A DNA stretch of 64,000 bases, from assembly GCF_009914755.1 (NCBI RefSeq), contig NC_060943.1; one strand, 5' to 3'. Position 1 is the first letter of the stretch; every line of letters starts with the position of its first letter. Shown one piece after another: positions 23,595 through 57,586 of the stretch. The DNA comes from the human T2T-CHM13v2.0 reference genome, Homo sapiens. A model generated the notes under the pieces. It was not told the DNA's origin and searched no databases. It saw only the letters and a program-made list of their open reading frames with translations. Both the position numbers and the translations under genes were made by a program.

Positions 23595-24620
23595 CGGTTT
23601 TGTTTATTGTGTAAAATACGCAACATGAACCTTACCATCATAGCCATTTTGTTTATTTATTGGAGACGCGGTCTCACTCTGCCACCCAGGCTGGAGCGCA
23701 GTGGCCCGATCATAGCTCACTGCAGCCTTGAACTCCTGGGCTCAAGCAATCCTCCTGCTTCAGCCTCCCAAACCCTGGGATTACAGGCGTGAGCCACCGC
23801 GCCTGGCCATTTTAGCCATTTTAAAATGCACAATTCAGTGGCATTTAGTACATCACAATTTTGTGCAGTCATCACCTTTATCTAATCTCAACGCATTCTC
23901 ATCACCCCCAGAGGAAGTCCTGTCCTCATCAACAGTCACTCTCATCCCCTCCCCAGCTCCTGGCACCCACAAATCCCCTTCCTGCCTCTGTGGATTGACG
24001 TGTCCTGGATATGGGACCACACACTGTGTGGCCTTTTTTTTTTTTTTTTTTTTGAGACAGAGTCTTGCTCCGTCACCCAGGCTGGAGTGCAGTGGCACGA
24101 TCTCGGCTCAATGCAACCTCCGCCTCCCTGGCTCGAGTGATTCTCCTGCCTCAACCTCCTGAGTAGCTAGGACTACAGGCGTGTACCACCACACTCAGCT
24201 AATTTTTTGTATTTTTAGTAGAGATGGGGTTTCACCGTGTTAGCCAGGCTGGTTTCGAACTCCTGACCTAGGTGATCTGCCCGCCTCCGCCTCCCAAAGT
24301 GCTGGGATTACAGGTATGAGCCACCGCACCCGGACTATATGTCCTTTTGTATCTGGCTTCTCTCACTGAGTGTGATTGTCCTCCAGATTTATCCACGCTG
24401 TGGCCTGTGTCAGAGCCTCATTCCTTTTGGTGGCTGAGTCATTGTCCAGTGTGTGGATGAATCCGCTGTATTGACCCCATCTATCTGTCAAAGGACACTT
24501 GGCTATTTCTACCACTTGTGAGTCATGCTGCTGTGAACATTCATGTACATGTTTTTGTTAGAATGCACATTTTCCATTCTTTTGGAGATACAGATTGCTG
24601 GGAGTTCTGCATTTGGCTTG
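23595..24620 (-). mobile_element. L1M-type fragment interrupted by two Alus
   Basis: ttaccatc.tagccatttt...cacaattcagtggcatttagtacat...tatctggcttctctcactgagt. Confidence 0.7.
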
Positions 24621-24630
24621 TTTTGTGTAC

Positions 24631-24653
24631 GTGTGTGTGTGTGTGTGTGTGTG
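24631..24653. repeat. (TG)n microsatellite
   Basis: ~11 GT units. Confidence 0.9.
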
Positions 24654-24734
24654 TTGCTTATTGAGAAACCTTTCCAGGGACTTCTGCGTTTAATGGCATA
24701 CATAAGACATCCTAAAAAATTCGGAGAATAATCT

Positions 24735-25110
24735 GAACCCCAGAACCTCTGAACGTGACCTTATTTGGAAATAGGGTCACTGCAGATATAATTAGTTAAG
24801 ATTAAGTCATTACTGGAGTAGCATAGGCCCTAAGTCCAAGATGACTGCTCTCCTTATAAGAAGATAAAATCTGGACACAGACACAGAGAAGAGACAGCCA
24901 AGTGACAACAGAGGCCGAGACTGGAGTGATGTATCTAGAAGCCAAGAAACGTTAAGGAAGGCCACCCACAGCCAGAAGCTGTGGATGCCAGGAAGGATTC
25001 TTCCCAGGGGCTCCGAGGGCCCTGCCAACACCTTCATTGTGGGATTCTGGCCTCTGGAGCTGTGAGAGGATAAGTTTCTGCTGTGTTATGTCTCCCTGTT
25101 TGTGATGCTT
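24735..25110 (+). mobile_element. MaLR (MLT1-type) LTR, 3' end broken by Alus
   Basis: gtgaccttatttggaaatagggtcactgcagatataattagttaagat...ttctggcctctggagctgtgagaggataagtttctg. Confidence 0.8.
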
Positions 25111-25119
25111 TGTTTTTGT

Positions 25120-30210
<5,091 letters not shown>

Positions 30211-30297
30211 TAGATATTCCAGAAAATCCTCTGCGCAGACCTAGCTTGGAGCGGACCCCAGCCCTCGGGGAAGCGCCTCTGTGCTTCCTGGGCGTAG

Positions 30298-31246
<949 letters not shown>

Positions 31247-31301
31247 TAGGTGCACCCGCTGCGTGCCAAGGAGCTCCTGGCAGGGTATCAGAAACTCGTA
31301 G

Positions 31302-33253
<1,952 letters not shown>

Positions 33254-33481
33254 TCAGTCCTGACACTAAGCCGGGTTCTGGAACCCAGACAAGAACATAT
33301 CTAGATTGAGGATCCTACCACAAGGAGGGTCCCAAGCAGTCCCTTCTAGAGAAAGTCGCTAGAAGAGGGAGAGTGAGGGCATGGAACTGGGATGTTAGTT
33401 CTAAACCTGCTCCATTACAACACCTCATTCTGGACTTGTGATTTAGTTTGCTGGGGATGCGAAGTGTGGAATCTCGAATAG

Positions 33482-34110
<629 letters not shown>

Positions 34111-34113
34111 TAA

Positions 34114-37025
<2,912 letters not shown>

Positions 37026-37699
37026 GCCCTGGAAATGGACTCTGCCCACAGACCCCTGGCCTTGACCCTAGAATCCAGCTTGAGGCCCCTGCCCCAGCCC
37101 AACCTCAGCCCCCAGGCCCATCCCCCAGAGACCCCACCCCAGCCCCTAGCAAAGACCCCCAGCCTCTGCCTCAGCCCCATGATCAGGTATGTGGCATCCA
37201 GGCCAGCCTTGGCCCCATCCCAGGCTTACCCCAAGCCTCCTACCTGGCCCCACAGTCACAGGTCTCCTCAACCCCCCAGAAGCCAGCCGTCTCTCCCAAG
37301 CCCCGGGTGGGACCCCAGAAGTCCACCCCACCCACCATATCTGTCACTCCTAGTCCTGCCCCTAGGGCAGCCCTCCTGAGTTCCCAGCTGTCTGAGTCCC
37401 CAGCTTTGGCGCCAGCCCTTTGCCCCACTCTGGGGGAGCCAGGAGCCCGCCCTTACCGCGGGGGGCCGTAGCTTGGCTGTGACTTAGCCCTGGTTCATGT
37501 GGTTCTCGTCCTCTCCTGTCCCTTCCAGCCTGGGGCCCCCAGAAGCAGCAAGTGACCTTATTTCTCCAGCAGGCGGTGGTAGGGAGTGTGCGGTGGTGAA
37601 AACAGGGGCTTCACCGGTCCTGGCTCAGATCCAGGTCCTTGGAGGGAAAAGGAGGGCAGGAGACGGGTTGCACCGCATGTACCCTGAGGGCTCATGGTG

Positions 37700-37705
37700 A
37701 ATAAA
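37700..37705 (+). terminator. GIPC3: GIPC3 polyadenylation signal
   Basis: AATAAA followed by a GT-rich element (ggtgtgtcattttggg). Confidence 0.8.
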
Positions 37706-38006
37706 GGCACCTTCCATCTCTGCAGCCTGGTGTGTCATTTTGGGGGAAGTTTGGGGGAATGCGGAGATGTGGGGCTGGGGGGCTGGCTGAAACTGTGGCA
37801 ACACTGAATACCTCTTGAGCACCTACTGTGTACCAGGCACTTCATTAAGCACCGCACAGGCATGAGCTTACGTGCCTGCAGGCGACAGGTGCTCCACGAA
37901 GACCCAGCCACTGGTCCTTTCTACCAATATTTATTGAGCACGTACTATGTGCAAGGTGCTGTACAGAACACTGTGGTGTTTGAAAGGTTGCTGGGTGAAC
38001 AAGTGA

Positions 38007-38494
<488 letters not shown>

Positions 38495-38527
38495 TGATCT
38501 GCCCGTCTCGACCTCCCAAAGTGCTGA

Positions 38528-38711
<184 letters not shown>

Positions 38712-39018
38712 GACACACAGATTCAAAGGTGGTTTGATTGCAGGTTCCAGGGCTAACCTGTAGCCCTCCCATTACAGGCTGCTGGAAGAATTCTAGGTGG
38801 TACCACCCATCAAGTGATTAGGAAACACTCAAGAAACAAGGTGGGGGAGGAACCGAATCCTCTATGTCCCTCCCCATCCTTCCCAGCCCTGCCCTCGTCT
38901 GCTCCGGGTGAGGCCCAATGCACAAACTCCAGAGATTGAAAACTTCTGGACCCAAAGGAAAATAAAACCAAAGGCAGAGATATATTTTGGCAAGAAAAGG
39001 GGGTGCCCCCGTTCACAT

Positions 39019-39296
<278 letters not shown>

Positions 39297-39361
39297 TCAT
39301 GCCTGTGATCCCAGCACTTTGGGAGGCTGAGGCTGGTGAATCACCTGAGGTCAGGAGTTCA

Positions 39362-43935
<4,574 letters not shown>

Positions 43936-43951
43936 CCACCATCAGGATCTA

Positions 43952-44930
<979 letters not shown>

Positions 44931-44937
44931 AGTGTAA

Positions 44938-47784
<2,847 letters not shown>

Positions 47785-49499
47785 TCAGGGTCTCCTCGAC
47801 CACACTCCACTCCACTCACCGGGGGTCACACACCCGGAACTCCCTCACACCTCCGGTGGCTGGGAGCAAATGCATGGCCCAGAGCCCTTGGCCCAGGGGA
47901 GCCTGGAAACTGGCACTGAGTCCTTCTGGCCACAGCTGGCTGTTTCCAATCCCCCCACCTCCACTCCCCACCCTGGCTTCAGGCGATGGCAGCCATCTCA
48001 AGTTCTCCAGGCAAGGATGCCAATGGGGGGACCGGGCAGGGCCTCCCTTCCCTCCTGCATTGGCCAGGAGGGGTAGCAGGGGCCCCCACGCGGTGGGGGA
48101 GTAGAGCAGCACTGCGGCTCTTGGGAAAATTACTGTCCCTCCCTGTGTCTGGGGAGAGGTGTGGACCCAAGATCGCTTTTCGATGTTGAATAACTCCAGA
48201 ATTTTGCAGTCTGAGAGCAGACGTTTGCCCTCAGCGGGTTCAGGGTTGTGGAATTCTAACACGCTTCCAGTCCTGGGACGCAGAAGGCCTCACAATTCTA
48301 GAATCCCAAGAGGCTGAGGTCCTGCAACTCCCAAGAGGCTGAGGTCCTGCAACTTTGATGGGAATCTGCCTGGGTCCCGGGTTCCAGAAATCTCTGTCTT
48401 AATTCCTGGCTTCTTTCTGGAAGGCGGACAGTGAGCTCTCCCTCATCCGATGCCACCCCTGACAGGGTACCCGGCTTGCAGGTCGTGTGACTCGGAGGGC
48501 TCTGTCCGGCGCTGTTTCCAGAGGCCCGGGCGCTGGGCTGGGCGTGGGCACCAGGCCTGGCTGCCCCAAGCCTGGTTGCCAGTGGAATGTGATCCTTGGT
48601 TTCCCAAACAGCAGGCCTCTCCTCCGCCCCATGTTCCATCCTCGTGCCCCCTCCCCCACTCCCTGGAGCACGTCACCTCATCATCCATCCATTTCTCAAC
48701 AAGTCCCCTCTCCTCAGCACCCCACCCTGCCCGCCCCGCCTGCCTGTCACGGCCTGAGCCCACCCCACCTCCCCCAGACAGGCTTGGAGGCTCTAGTCCC
48801 TGATCTGCCGTGGCCAGGCTGGGGCTCCACCTTGCCGAGCCTCAGTTTCCCCGCTCTGTGCAATGGGGGTGAGCTTCTGATCTCCATGCCTGCGGGTGCT
48901 CAGCTCAGGCCTCCCTGGCTCTCACCTCTGCAGGGCTCCTGGCTGTACTCACAGCTCAACTCCCTACAAGGTGCCCGGGCAGCCAGCAGGGAGCCCTGAG
49001 GCTCCGTGTCACCCCTGTCGGCCTTGGACCTTGGACCCACAGGGCCCTTTTGGGACTGAAACTTCAGGGACCGGCCAGACCCTCCCATGCCTGCTGTAGA
49101 TCTGAACGCTCATGGGCGTGGACCCCCACATGGTAGCGGAGGCAGACACACTCCACACCCTGATGGGCCCACCTCCCCTCATCGCAAAGCTCCATTTCCG
49201 AGAACATTTCCTGTTTGTGACACCAACAGGGTCCCCAGCCCACACAGTGCAGGGCGGGGACTCCCCCAGCCAGCCAGACTCCGGCCAGCCTTGTTGGGGC
49301 CCTAAGTCACATGGCCCCCTGTGAGCCTCGCTTTCCCCATCTCTCTAGTGGGGGCTCCCCAGGGAGCATGTACGGAGCTCCGTCACACAGGGGCCAGCAG
49401 GGACCAGGGGGCGGGACCCGGGAGGTGCAGCTGGTGGTTAATGGTGGACCACAAGTTACAGTGATTCCACCAACATGCACCTCAGGCCACCACCGTGTG

Positions 49500-50250
49500 T
49501 GCACACTCGAGACACACAGACACAGCCAGACACACACAGGCAGAAACACAGCAGACACACAGGCAGAAATGTGACAGACAGAAACACAGCAGGCAGACGC
49601 ACAGACGTGCACAGACACACACACAGAAACATGGCAGACACACAGACACACACACAGATAGAAACATGACAGACACACAGGCAGAAATGTGACAGAAACA
49701 CAGCAGACAGATGCACAGACATGCACAGACACACATACAGAAACATGGCAGATACACAGACACACACAGATAGACACACACAGAAACACCACAGACACAC
49801 CCAGACAGAAACATGACAGACACACAGGCAGAAATGTGACAGACAGAAACACAGTAGACAGACGCACAGGCATGCACAGACACACATACAGAAACATGGC
49901 AAATACATAGACACATACAGATAGACACACACAGATGGAAACATGACAGACACAGACACACACAAGCAGAAACACAACAGACACACAGACACACACAGAC
50001 ACATACAGGCAGAAACACGACAGACATAGACACACACAGATACACACATAGGCACACAGGCAGAAATGTGACAGACACAGACAGAAAAACACAGACACAC
50101 AGGCAGAAACACAACAGGTACATAGATACAGACAGACACAGAAAGACACACAGAAGAACACACAGTATTTAACAGTCACAGACTCTCGGCAGAAACAAAC
50201 ACACGGTCACACACACAAAACCACCACACACGCACAGACACAGACACACA
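49500..50250. repeat. CA/GA-rich compound simple repeat with ~120-140-bp higher-order units
   Basis: cacacaggcagaaatgtgacaga recurs at ~49556, 49674, 49821 and 50053. Confidence 0.9.
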
Positions 50251-50652
50251 ACCAGGGCCATGCATGGTTCACTCCCAGAGACAAGATCACACACACAGCC
50301 GCACAACCACACTCGATCCCTGCCACACCCAGGGCCTGGGCCCCCTCCCCGGCTGCAGCCCCCTGAGTCTGGGACCCCCATTCACAGCCATGTGGCCCCA
50401 CAGAGACCAGAGAGCCCCCCGGACAGAATCAGCCTGGGCCGCACCCAGACCCAGCCGCCTGGGCGCCCAGGGCAGGCCTCAGGGCACCATGCCACCCGCC
50501 GGGCCACACAGGGGACACCTGGCACCTGGCCGCTGTCACCGCGGGCTTTGCGACACACCCACAGCAGGGCAGGGCCAGCGCCGGATGCGCCCAGCAGCCC
50601 GGGCTCACACCAGAGCAGTGCATCCCGCCCTAAGCCAGCGGGGCGACCTCAC

Positions 50653-51050
50653 CTTCAGAGACCTCATCTGCGGGGCTCCCACCTGGCTGGATCCCGCGCC
50701 CGGGGGTCCGGGCGCCGTCTGGAGCTGAGCAGGCAGATGTGCGGGCGCCGAGGGTGGGGCGAGGGCTGGGGGCGGGCAGAGGGAGGGGAAGGACGGGCTC
50801 GAGCGGGACCTCCCAGGGAAACTGAGTCAGTCTGGCTGTGACCAGGGGCGGGCCCAGCAGAGGACCCACACAGATGGAGGGCGTGGCGGCACAGGACGCC
50901 CTGGGGTCGCGGCCTGGAGGGGTCCGCGGGGGCTAAGCCGAGCTGGGACGGGTGGGGGCCGCTGGCAGCCCGCGGCTCGCTCTCTCCGTCCAGTCTCTGT
51001 CTCCCGCTGTCTCTCATCAGCCCCGCCCACCCTGCGCTGGCCACGCCCCT
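50653..51050 (-). other. TBXA2R: TBXA2R non-coding exon 1 and CpG-island promoter (5' limit approximate)
   Basis: Donor AAG|GTGAGG at 50653/50652; spliced junction ggtctctgaag|gtgtgcctgaacc matches the TP 5'UTR as I recall it; CpG-rich 50450-51400. Confidence 0.7.
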
Positions 51051-54000
51051 CGGGCCCGGGCCTGGCTGACTTGGAGTCAGTGGGTGCCCCCCGCACGCCG
51101 GGACACCCTACAGCCTTCTGGGGAAGGCGGCGCCCTTGGGACCCCCAGGCCACCGGTGGCAGGGATGCAATGGCCCGCGTAGGGGTGGCAGGGGCGCTTC
51201 CTCGGGAGCCTCAGCCCCTCCAGCCGCCCAGCGCCCTGCCAGGCCTCTTCCCGGCGCTCCCGCCGCCAGGCCCGCATTATTCACCATCTGGGCAGCACCC
51301 AAGGCCTGGAGGGGGCGGGGCAGGTCCAGGCGGATCGGCTCCCGGGGGTCGCCCAGACTCCAGGGCTCCAAATTCACTGGGTGCGCTGGAACGCGGCACA
51401 CAGTAGTAGTATGCCCTGCTTAATACATACAGGACATATTTGAGGCCCCTTCCAGGGGTGGGGTGGGAGGACAGAGGGATGGGGGGTGCACCAGACGACA
51501 CAGCCAGACTGAGAAAGGTGGTCCCAGAGCAGGTGAGCCGGGAGGGCTGGGGTGATGGCATCGCATGGGAGGGTCTCTTGAGGAGGCTCGGAGGTGGCTT
51601 TGGAGCCAGAGGAGGAACAGTCTGGAGCCGGGAGGCTGCAGTGGGGGATGGGCACTCTTTCCTGGCCACCCCCCAGCTCGGGCTGGGGAAGGAGGGATGG
51701 AGCCCAACAGGAATGGCTGAGAAGGTGCCGGACGCAGGGACTGGGACCGTCTCTTTGCAGAGGGGGGACCTTGGGCTTCCTTGGCCTTGTTTGTACACCC
51801 GAGCCAGACAGAACCTTGAGTTAGGGACCTGGAGTGGGACCGGACAAGCTGACCTTGCCCTGACTGCACCCCACCCCGTCCCCTGGGCCCGGGAGGGCTG
51901 CTAGTCCAGGCTGTGAGTGAGGGGTATTCCCAGCCTGGCCCGGCCCTCTCGTCAGCCCAGTCCGGAAGCCCCTTCCCCGGCTACCCCGCCCACTATCCTT
52001 CCTCCTCCTGGCCTTCGGCCACACCCAACCTCCCTCCCAAAGCTCTATCCCATTAAGTCACCAGCCATTTAACACAACTTCTCTCTTTCCTGGCAAGGAG
52101 GCTATCCAACTCCTATGGATGTGGCAAAACCCTGGCTCCAAGGCTGCTTTCCCGTGAAGCCGACCTAATCTCCAAGTCTTACTCTCCCCAACCCCTCTCT
52201 GTGTTCAGCTTATACAGTGGGACAATTATGAGCTCCAAGTGAGACCTGAAACCAGGCCTGCCCTTCAGGATGCCCTAGGCTGAAGAATGAACTGGACACA
52301 GGCTGTTCCAGCCCCCTGGGGTCAGGGCTGGGCCAAAGGAAGAGACAGGGCCTAGGGAAGCCCAGAGGTGAGCTAGGAAGACATCTTGTGAGGAGAGGGC
52401 ATGGGAAGTGGGGTTTTGTAGGATGAATAGGAGCTCCCCAGGTCTGGGCTACGTGGCAGTGACAGGAATTGCATGTATAAAGCTTTGGAGGCAAGAGAGA
52501 GCATGAGGCCCTTGCTACACTAACTGCAAGGAGGGCAGATGTTGGGGGAGGAGGATGTGGGGCTGGGGCTCCAGATGAGGGGGCAGTGAGAGACGGAGGA
52601 AGGCTGTCCTGTCCCCACTTCCTCTGTCCTCGGCCCTGAGATAACAAGGACAATGACTCTTCTGGGAAACAGCCTGGGCAGAGTTCAGAGAAGGACACTT
52701 GCATTTAGCTTAAGCCTCACCACATCTCTGCAAGGCAGGGGGTAAAGATACTCTTAAATTTTAGAGATGGGGAAACTGAGGCACAAAGGGGGAACAATGC
52801 CACGCCCATGTGTGGGATTGGAACATGAGCACTGGGCTTCCCTGTCATCTGGGGCTGGTTGCTGGTCTCCCGGTCTTGGCCCGCCCCCCGCCCCCCACCC
52901 CCCGCCAGCACTTCGGGTTCAATGGGAGCACAGGAGGCTCTGGTGGGAGGAGTTGTGAGGGGCTGGGGGGCAGATGGTGGGAACAGAGGCCAGGCTCAGG
53001 ATGTACCCCCGTGGCTGCGGTTTCCGGCGGGGGCCGGGCAGGGAGCGTCTATTCTTAGCTCTGGACACAGCCAAAGTCAGGAAGCTGGGTGGGGGCGGGG
53101 GCAGCTTCCAGGACACCAGGTGGACCTCGAGCCATGGTGGAGAGTCATGGGGTAGATGGGGGGGTGGTGTGCAGAGCCTACCCCTGGCCCCCACCTCCAG
53201 TCTGCCTGCAGGGTCTCGACACCCAGCTCGGAGGCCCTCCCCAGCTCACGCGCCCTCCGTAGCTCCCTGGTGCCCAGCTCCCCTAGGATCTGGCTCCTTA
53301 GCTTGGCCTGAGCCCTGTGTGCCCCCTGCCCTGGGCACACCTGCTGCCCTGTCCTCTGCAAGGCAGCCGTCACCCGTCTCGGCCAGCAGCCCGTCTTCCC
53401 AGGCTCAGTGCCCGTGACCGTTCAGGGGTCCCAGGGCCCCAGCTCTGCTCCCTCCAGACTGGGGCCCCTGGCAAACCATGTGTCTTGCCAGTTGGAGGAC
53501 GGCCATCTCCCTTGGGGTGCAAAAGGAACGTGAGGAGGAGGAAGCAGGATGCTGGGGCTGGGGGAATCTCTGCAGGGGCAGGTGGGGAAACTGAGGCAGG
53601 GACGGGGTGGTGGTCTGGGATTGGGATTCTCCAGGGTAGAGAAACCCAGCTTCTAATACTGGCCCTGCCACTTTCTGGGCTCAACAACGTGGGCTTTTGT
53701 GAGCCTCAGTTTCCCGAGCAGCCAAATGGAAGTAAATACTGTCACATAGAGCTGGTGGGAGGTCTGGGTTAGGCCCAGTACAGGCTGGGCTGCGCCAGCC
53801 ACGCACACACAACCTCGGCTGTGACTACAGAACCCGGCCTGTCCCGAACACCACTCTGGGCTCAAAAGTGCCTTCTGGTGTTGAGGATGTAGAAAGCTGT
53901 GATCACGCCCACTGCACTCCAGCCTGTCTCAAAAAAATAAAAAGTGCCCCCCGAGTCCAGCCCGGACTCAGCCCTGCCCCAGCAGCCTGTCCTGATCGGC

Positions 54001-54324
54001 GGTGGAGCTGGCCAGGAACCCAGGCAAGAGGCTGCCCAGAGGATTCTAAGATGGCTCTGGCCATCTGCCATCAACTTGTGATGTCTGCTGAAGGCTGGGC
54101 TGGGGATGGCAGTGTTGTGTGTGCTGCAATGCGATTTGGGATTCTGGAGTAGGCTGGTCAGGGTGGGCCAGGGTCTGCGGTGTGGAGAGCGGACGCTGAT
54201 CAGATGCACTTCCCTGGCCAGTTCCCAAGCCCTGTGCCACAGACTTCCGGGATCCTGTTAGAGGTGGGGGCTGGGAGGTGACCAGTGCCCCAGGGGAGTG
54301 CAGGATCTGCCTCGCACCTCTGCC

Positions 54325-54465
54325 TACTGCAGTGAGGACATTTGGGGAGGCTCATCCTGGGCACTGAAGCACATTGGGCAGCATCCCTGGCCTCCACTCA
54401 CTCCACGCCAGGAGCAGCCCCAAGGTGGGACCACCACGAATGCCCCCAGGCATGGCCAAGCGCTG
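54325..54465. mobile_element. MER20-like remnant
   Basis: ggcagcatccctggcctccactcactccacgccaggagca...accacgaatgcccccaggcatggccaag. Confidence 0.55.
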
Positions 54466-54785
54466 CCCCCACGAGAGCCTGGGCCCAGGCCAGCAGCTGT
54501 GTCCACCCTTGTACCCTCCCTCCTGTCGTCTGGGAAATGGACTGTCACCCCCACTGTGGGAGGCAAGGCAGAGGGGCGGGGGGCAAAGACAGATCCGGGC
54601 ACTAACACAGCTCCCAAGGGACCACCAGGCCCCAGTTGGGTGCCGTGTTGTTTCCCAGGCTCTTCCCTTGGGACAAATGCGCTGTGTCACAAATGCCAGC
54701 AGCAACTAGGGCAGCGGGTGTGGGGCGTCGGACACGTTACACTCTCTGCATTTCTGCAAACCTAAGATTATTCTAAAATACAACG

Positions 54786-54791
54786 TTTATT
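54786..54791 (-). terminator. CACTIN: CACTIN polyadenylation signal
   Basis: TTTATT on + strand, 1.25 kb downstream of the stop. Confidence 0.8.
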
Positions 54792-56045
54792 AAAAAAACA
54801 TGCGATCTTGCCAATAGGCCAATTCCATGAGAACAAAAGATTTTTTTTCCCACCTACAAGTCTTTTTAGAGAAACAAACGGAACTATTTCCAGATGAGGC
54901 GGGGTGTCTGGGAGGGGCTGTGGGTGGTCTGGGGCTGGTGACTGGTGAGGTTGGGTGGCCCTCTGGGGGTCCGGGAGGCACTTTCCGTTTTGCTTCTGTT
55001 GGAGATGTTCCCGTCGGATGCTGAAGAACAAGCCTGCCGGCTGGGCCACTCCGACCTGGGCTGTGGCACCCGTGTGGCCCTCGGCCCTCCTGGCCTGAGA
55101 AAGGGGAGTGAGAAGGAGCCACTGTCCTGATATGGGCAAAACTCGGGGTCACTGGTCTCATGCTCCAAGGCCCCGTGAGCAGGCCAGGTGGGGGGATCCC
55201 TGGGGGAAGCCCCTCACCCTTCTCCAACCCCCAGCCTTCGGGGAGCCCCTGCCCTCCAGGCCCTGTGCTCGGAGGTGGGGGGAGGACGGCTCAGTGACTT
55301 TTGGTTCCCATGACATTGACAGAGACAGGGACCTCGACGCATCCTCCATACCCGCTGCGGGGAAATGGACCCCACCAGCCAGCACGGGGTGAGTTGGGGG
55401 CCAGTCCCTGCAGAGTGTGGGTGTCCACAGAGGGTCTCTTCTGCAGTGGCGGATCGGGCGCCAGCAGGGTCCCGGCCTCAGTGCTGCCTGTGCGGGCGAG
55501 GGTGGCCTGTGGGCAGGGCTGGAGCTGCCCCACAGCCGCGGGCTCTGCCTCACGCCCAGTGGGTGCCCCGTGATGTGGCAGGGCTGGCCTTGAGTTTCCT
55601 GCTTCTCACGAGCCTGGCACCGCCAAGCCCAGGCCCCTCTGGCCCATCTCCACAACACCCTGTGTGGCCGCCGCTTGGGGCAGGCCCTGTGGGCCCCACC
55701 CAGCCTGGCTGAGGGGCGGTGGAGAGTGTCCGCCTGGACGGTGAGGTCAGCTGGCGGCTGCTGGCCACCCTCGTGCTCGAAAGATGCCCCTAGCGCCCCC
55801 TCCGTTGCATCAGGACCCTAGGCCAGCCTGTCCCAGTGTCTCCTCAGCTCACCATGGCAGGCTCAATGGTGACCCCCCTTTTATATAGGGGGAAACTGAG
55901 GCCTGGCGAAAGAAAGATGCGGCCTGAGGTGGGACGTGAACCCGCGGCCCTGCAGCCCAGACAGCGGCCCCGGAGTGACCACCAGCTTCACCGAAGCCCC
56001 TTTACTGTGCCCCCGAGGACACCTGCCTGCCGTTCCCCAGGGCCG

Positions 56046-56536
56046 TCACCGCCGATAGCGGTAGCGCTTGAAGTGAAACCACAGCTGGAAGATGCCATTG
56101 GCAAACTGGCAGCGGAAGCCGTGGCGGTGCGAGTATTCCCACTCGCGGTTGACGATCTTGAAAGCGATGTCCTCGTAGGGCGGCCCCGCGTGGAAGCGCA
56201 GGATGGCGAAATCCTTGTTGTCGGCGCAGGCCTCCAGGAAGTACTCGGGCGTGGAGCGCTTGTCGATGAGGTCGGGGTAGAAGATGTTGAACTTGTATCC
56301 CTGCACGATCTTGGGCGGTGGGTTGTCAAAGTCGTAGTGCGTCTGGTTGTACTTGTTCCACTCGAAGCCCGTGTGCACGCGGTTGAAGAAGCGCGGCTTG
56401 CGTGGCCGGTACTTGTCGGCCCACAGGTAGGCCTTGCCGGTGAGTGGCATCTCCACGCTGAACTGTGCCTCGTCCTGGCCCATGCCCTCCTTGGCCCGCC
56501 GGAAGAAGATGTCCTCGGCGCTCTCGCTGGCGTCTC
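56046..56536 (-). CDS. CACTIN: CACTIN last coding exon (CactinC domain)
   Basis: GDASESAEDIFFRRAKEGMG...WADKYRPRKPRFFNRVHTGFEWNKYNQTHYDFDNPPPKIVQGYKFNIFYPDLID...QLWFHFKRYRYRR*. Confidence 0.98.
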
Positions 56537-57180
56537 CTGCGGGCGGGACGGCGTTCACCCGGGCCTCGGCCTCCCCCTGGGTCCTGGCCTCCCTCCTAGC
56601 CTCTCTGGCAGGGGCGGCCGCTGGTGCCTCCCGCAAAAGGAAAACAGGCTGGGGCGAGCTAAGGCACATGGGGAGGGGACAGGGCCTGGGCGACCCGGAG
56701 ACCCACACCATCCGCCCCGAGCCCCGGACCTTGGTCTTCATGTCTATCGTCCTCCTGGGTGGGGACCAAGCGCAGCGCGCTTCCCCGCCGAGCGACAGGA
56801 GAACCTGGTGGTTAGGGCCTGGCTGCGGGATCCAGCCCCACGCATGACCCCCGAGGGGGTCCTGGCCCAGGGGTTTTCTGAAGCCAGTATTTTCTCCTCT
56901 GTCTTAGGACGGAGGCTGCCCAGGGAGTGCTCGGACAGCGGCCGGTAAAAGCTTCCACCACCTGTGGCCCCAAGGCCAGTGGGCCAGCAAGCCCAGGATG
57001 AATGAAGGAACGCCCCAGTGCGCGTGCAGGTGACGGAACGCACGCTCAGAGACCCGGGGGAGAAGCAGCAAGCAGCTCCCCACTGACGCCAGCGGCTTCG
57101 GCCGGGAAATGAGGCTGGAGAAGCCCCGCCCCCAGCTCGCCCCACTGGCCCCACCCCCTGGCCTCCAGCCCCGCCCTTAC

Positions 57181-57488
57181 CCGTGACCTGGAGCTGCTGG
57201 CGCGAGAGCTGCAGGCGCTGCAGGTCCTCATCCGGTTCCAGCACGTGCGCGTCCAGTGGCAGCTCGTGCGCCGTGAGCAGCCGCGGGCTGTACCTGCCGG
57301 CGTCGTAGTCGTCCAGGCTCTGCTGGATCAGGTCCTCCTCCATGAGCACCGCCTCGCCCTCGCCCTCGCCCTCACCGTCCCCGTCGCCGTCGCCCTCTGT
57401 CGGGGTCGCGCCGTCCACCTCGGCCTCCGCGGGGCCGCCCTCCGAGGAGGGCCCGGGCGGGGTGGGCGCCACGTCCTCAGGCTCCAGG
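57181..57488 (-). CDS. CACTIN: CACTIN penultimate exon (acidic)
   Basis: LEPEDVAPTPPG...GDGDGDGEGEGEGEAVLMEEDLIQQSLDDYDAGRYSPRLL...QLQVT; CAG|...G|GTAAGG. Confidence 0.95.
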
Positions 57489-57586
57489 CTGGGAGGAGAG
57501 AGCGTTGGAGGCGCGGAGGCTGCCGACGGCCCCTCCATCCTGCTCCACGTCTGCATCGGCGTCCCCGGGGTGCCGGCCGGGCCTAC

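Noticed and set aside
48305-48354. 25-bp direct duplication (similar ones at 4891-4942 and ~58424-58481)
   Set aside because: Ordinary slippage duplications with no evident function.
49307-50179. Cys/Val-rich minus-strand ORFs
   Set aside because: Translation of a TG-rich simple repeat.
55836-56948. 370-aa plus-strand ORF antisense to the CACTIN last exon
   Set aside because: Codon-aligned antisense of GC3-rich coding sequence is commonly stop-free; it may lie in CACTIN-AS1, but nothing here supports translation.
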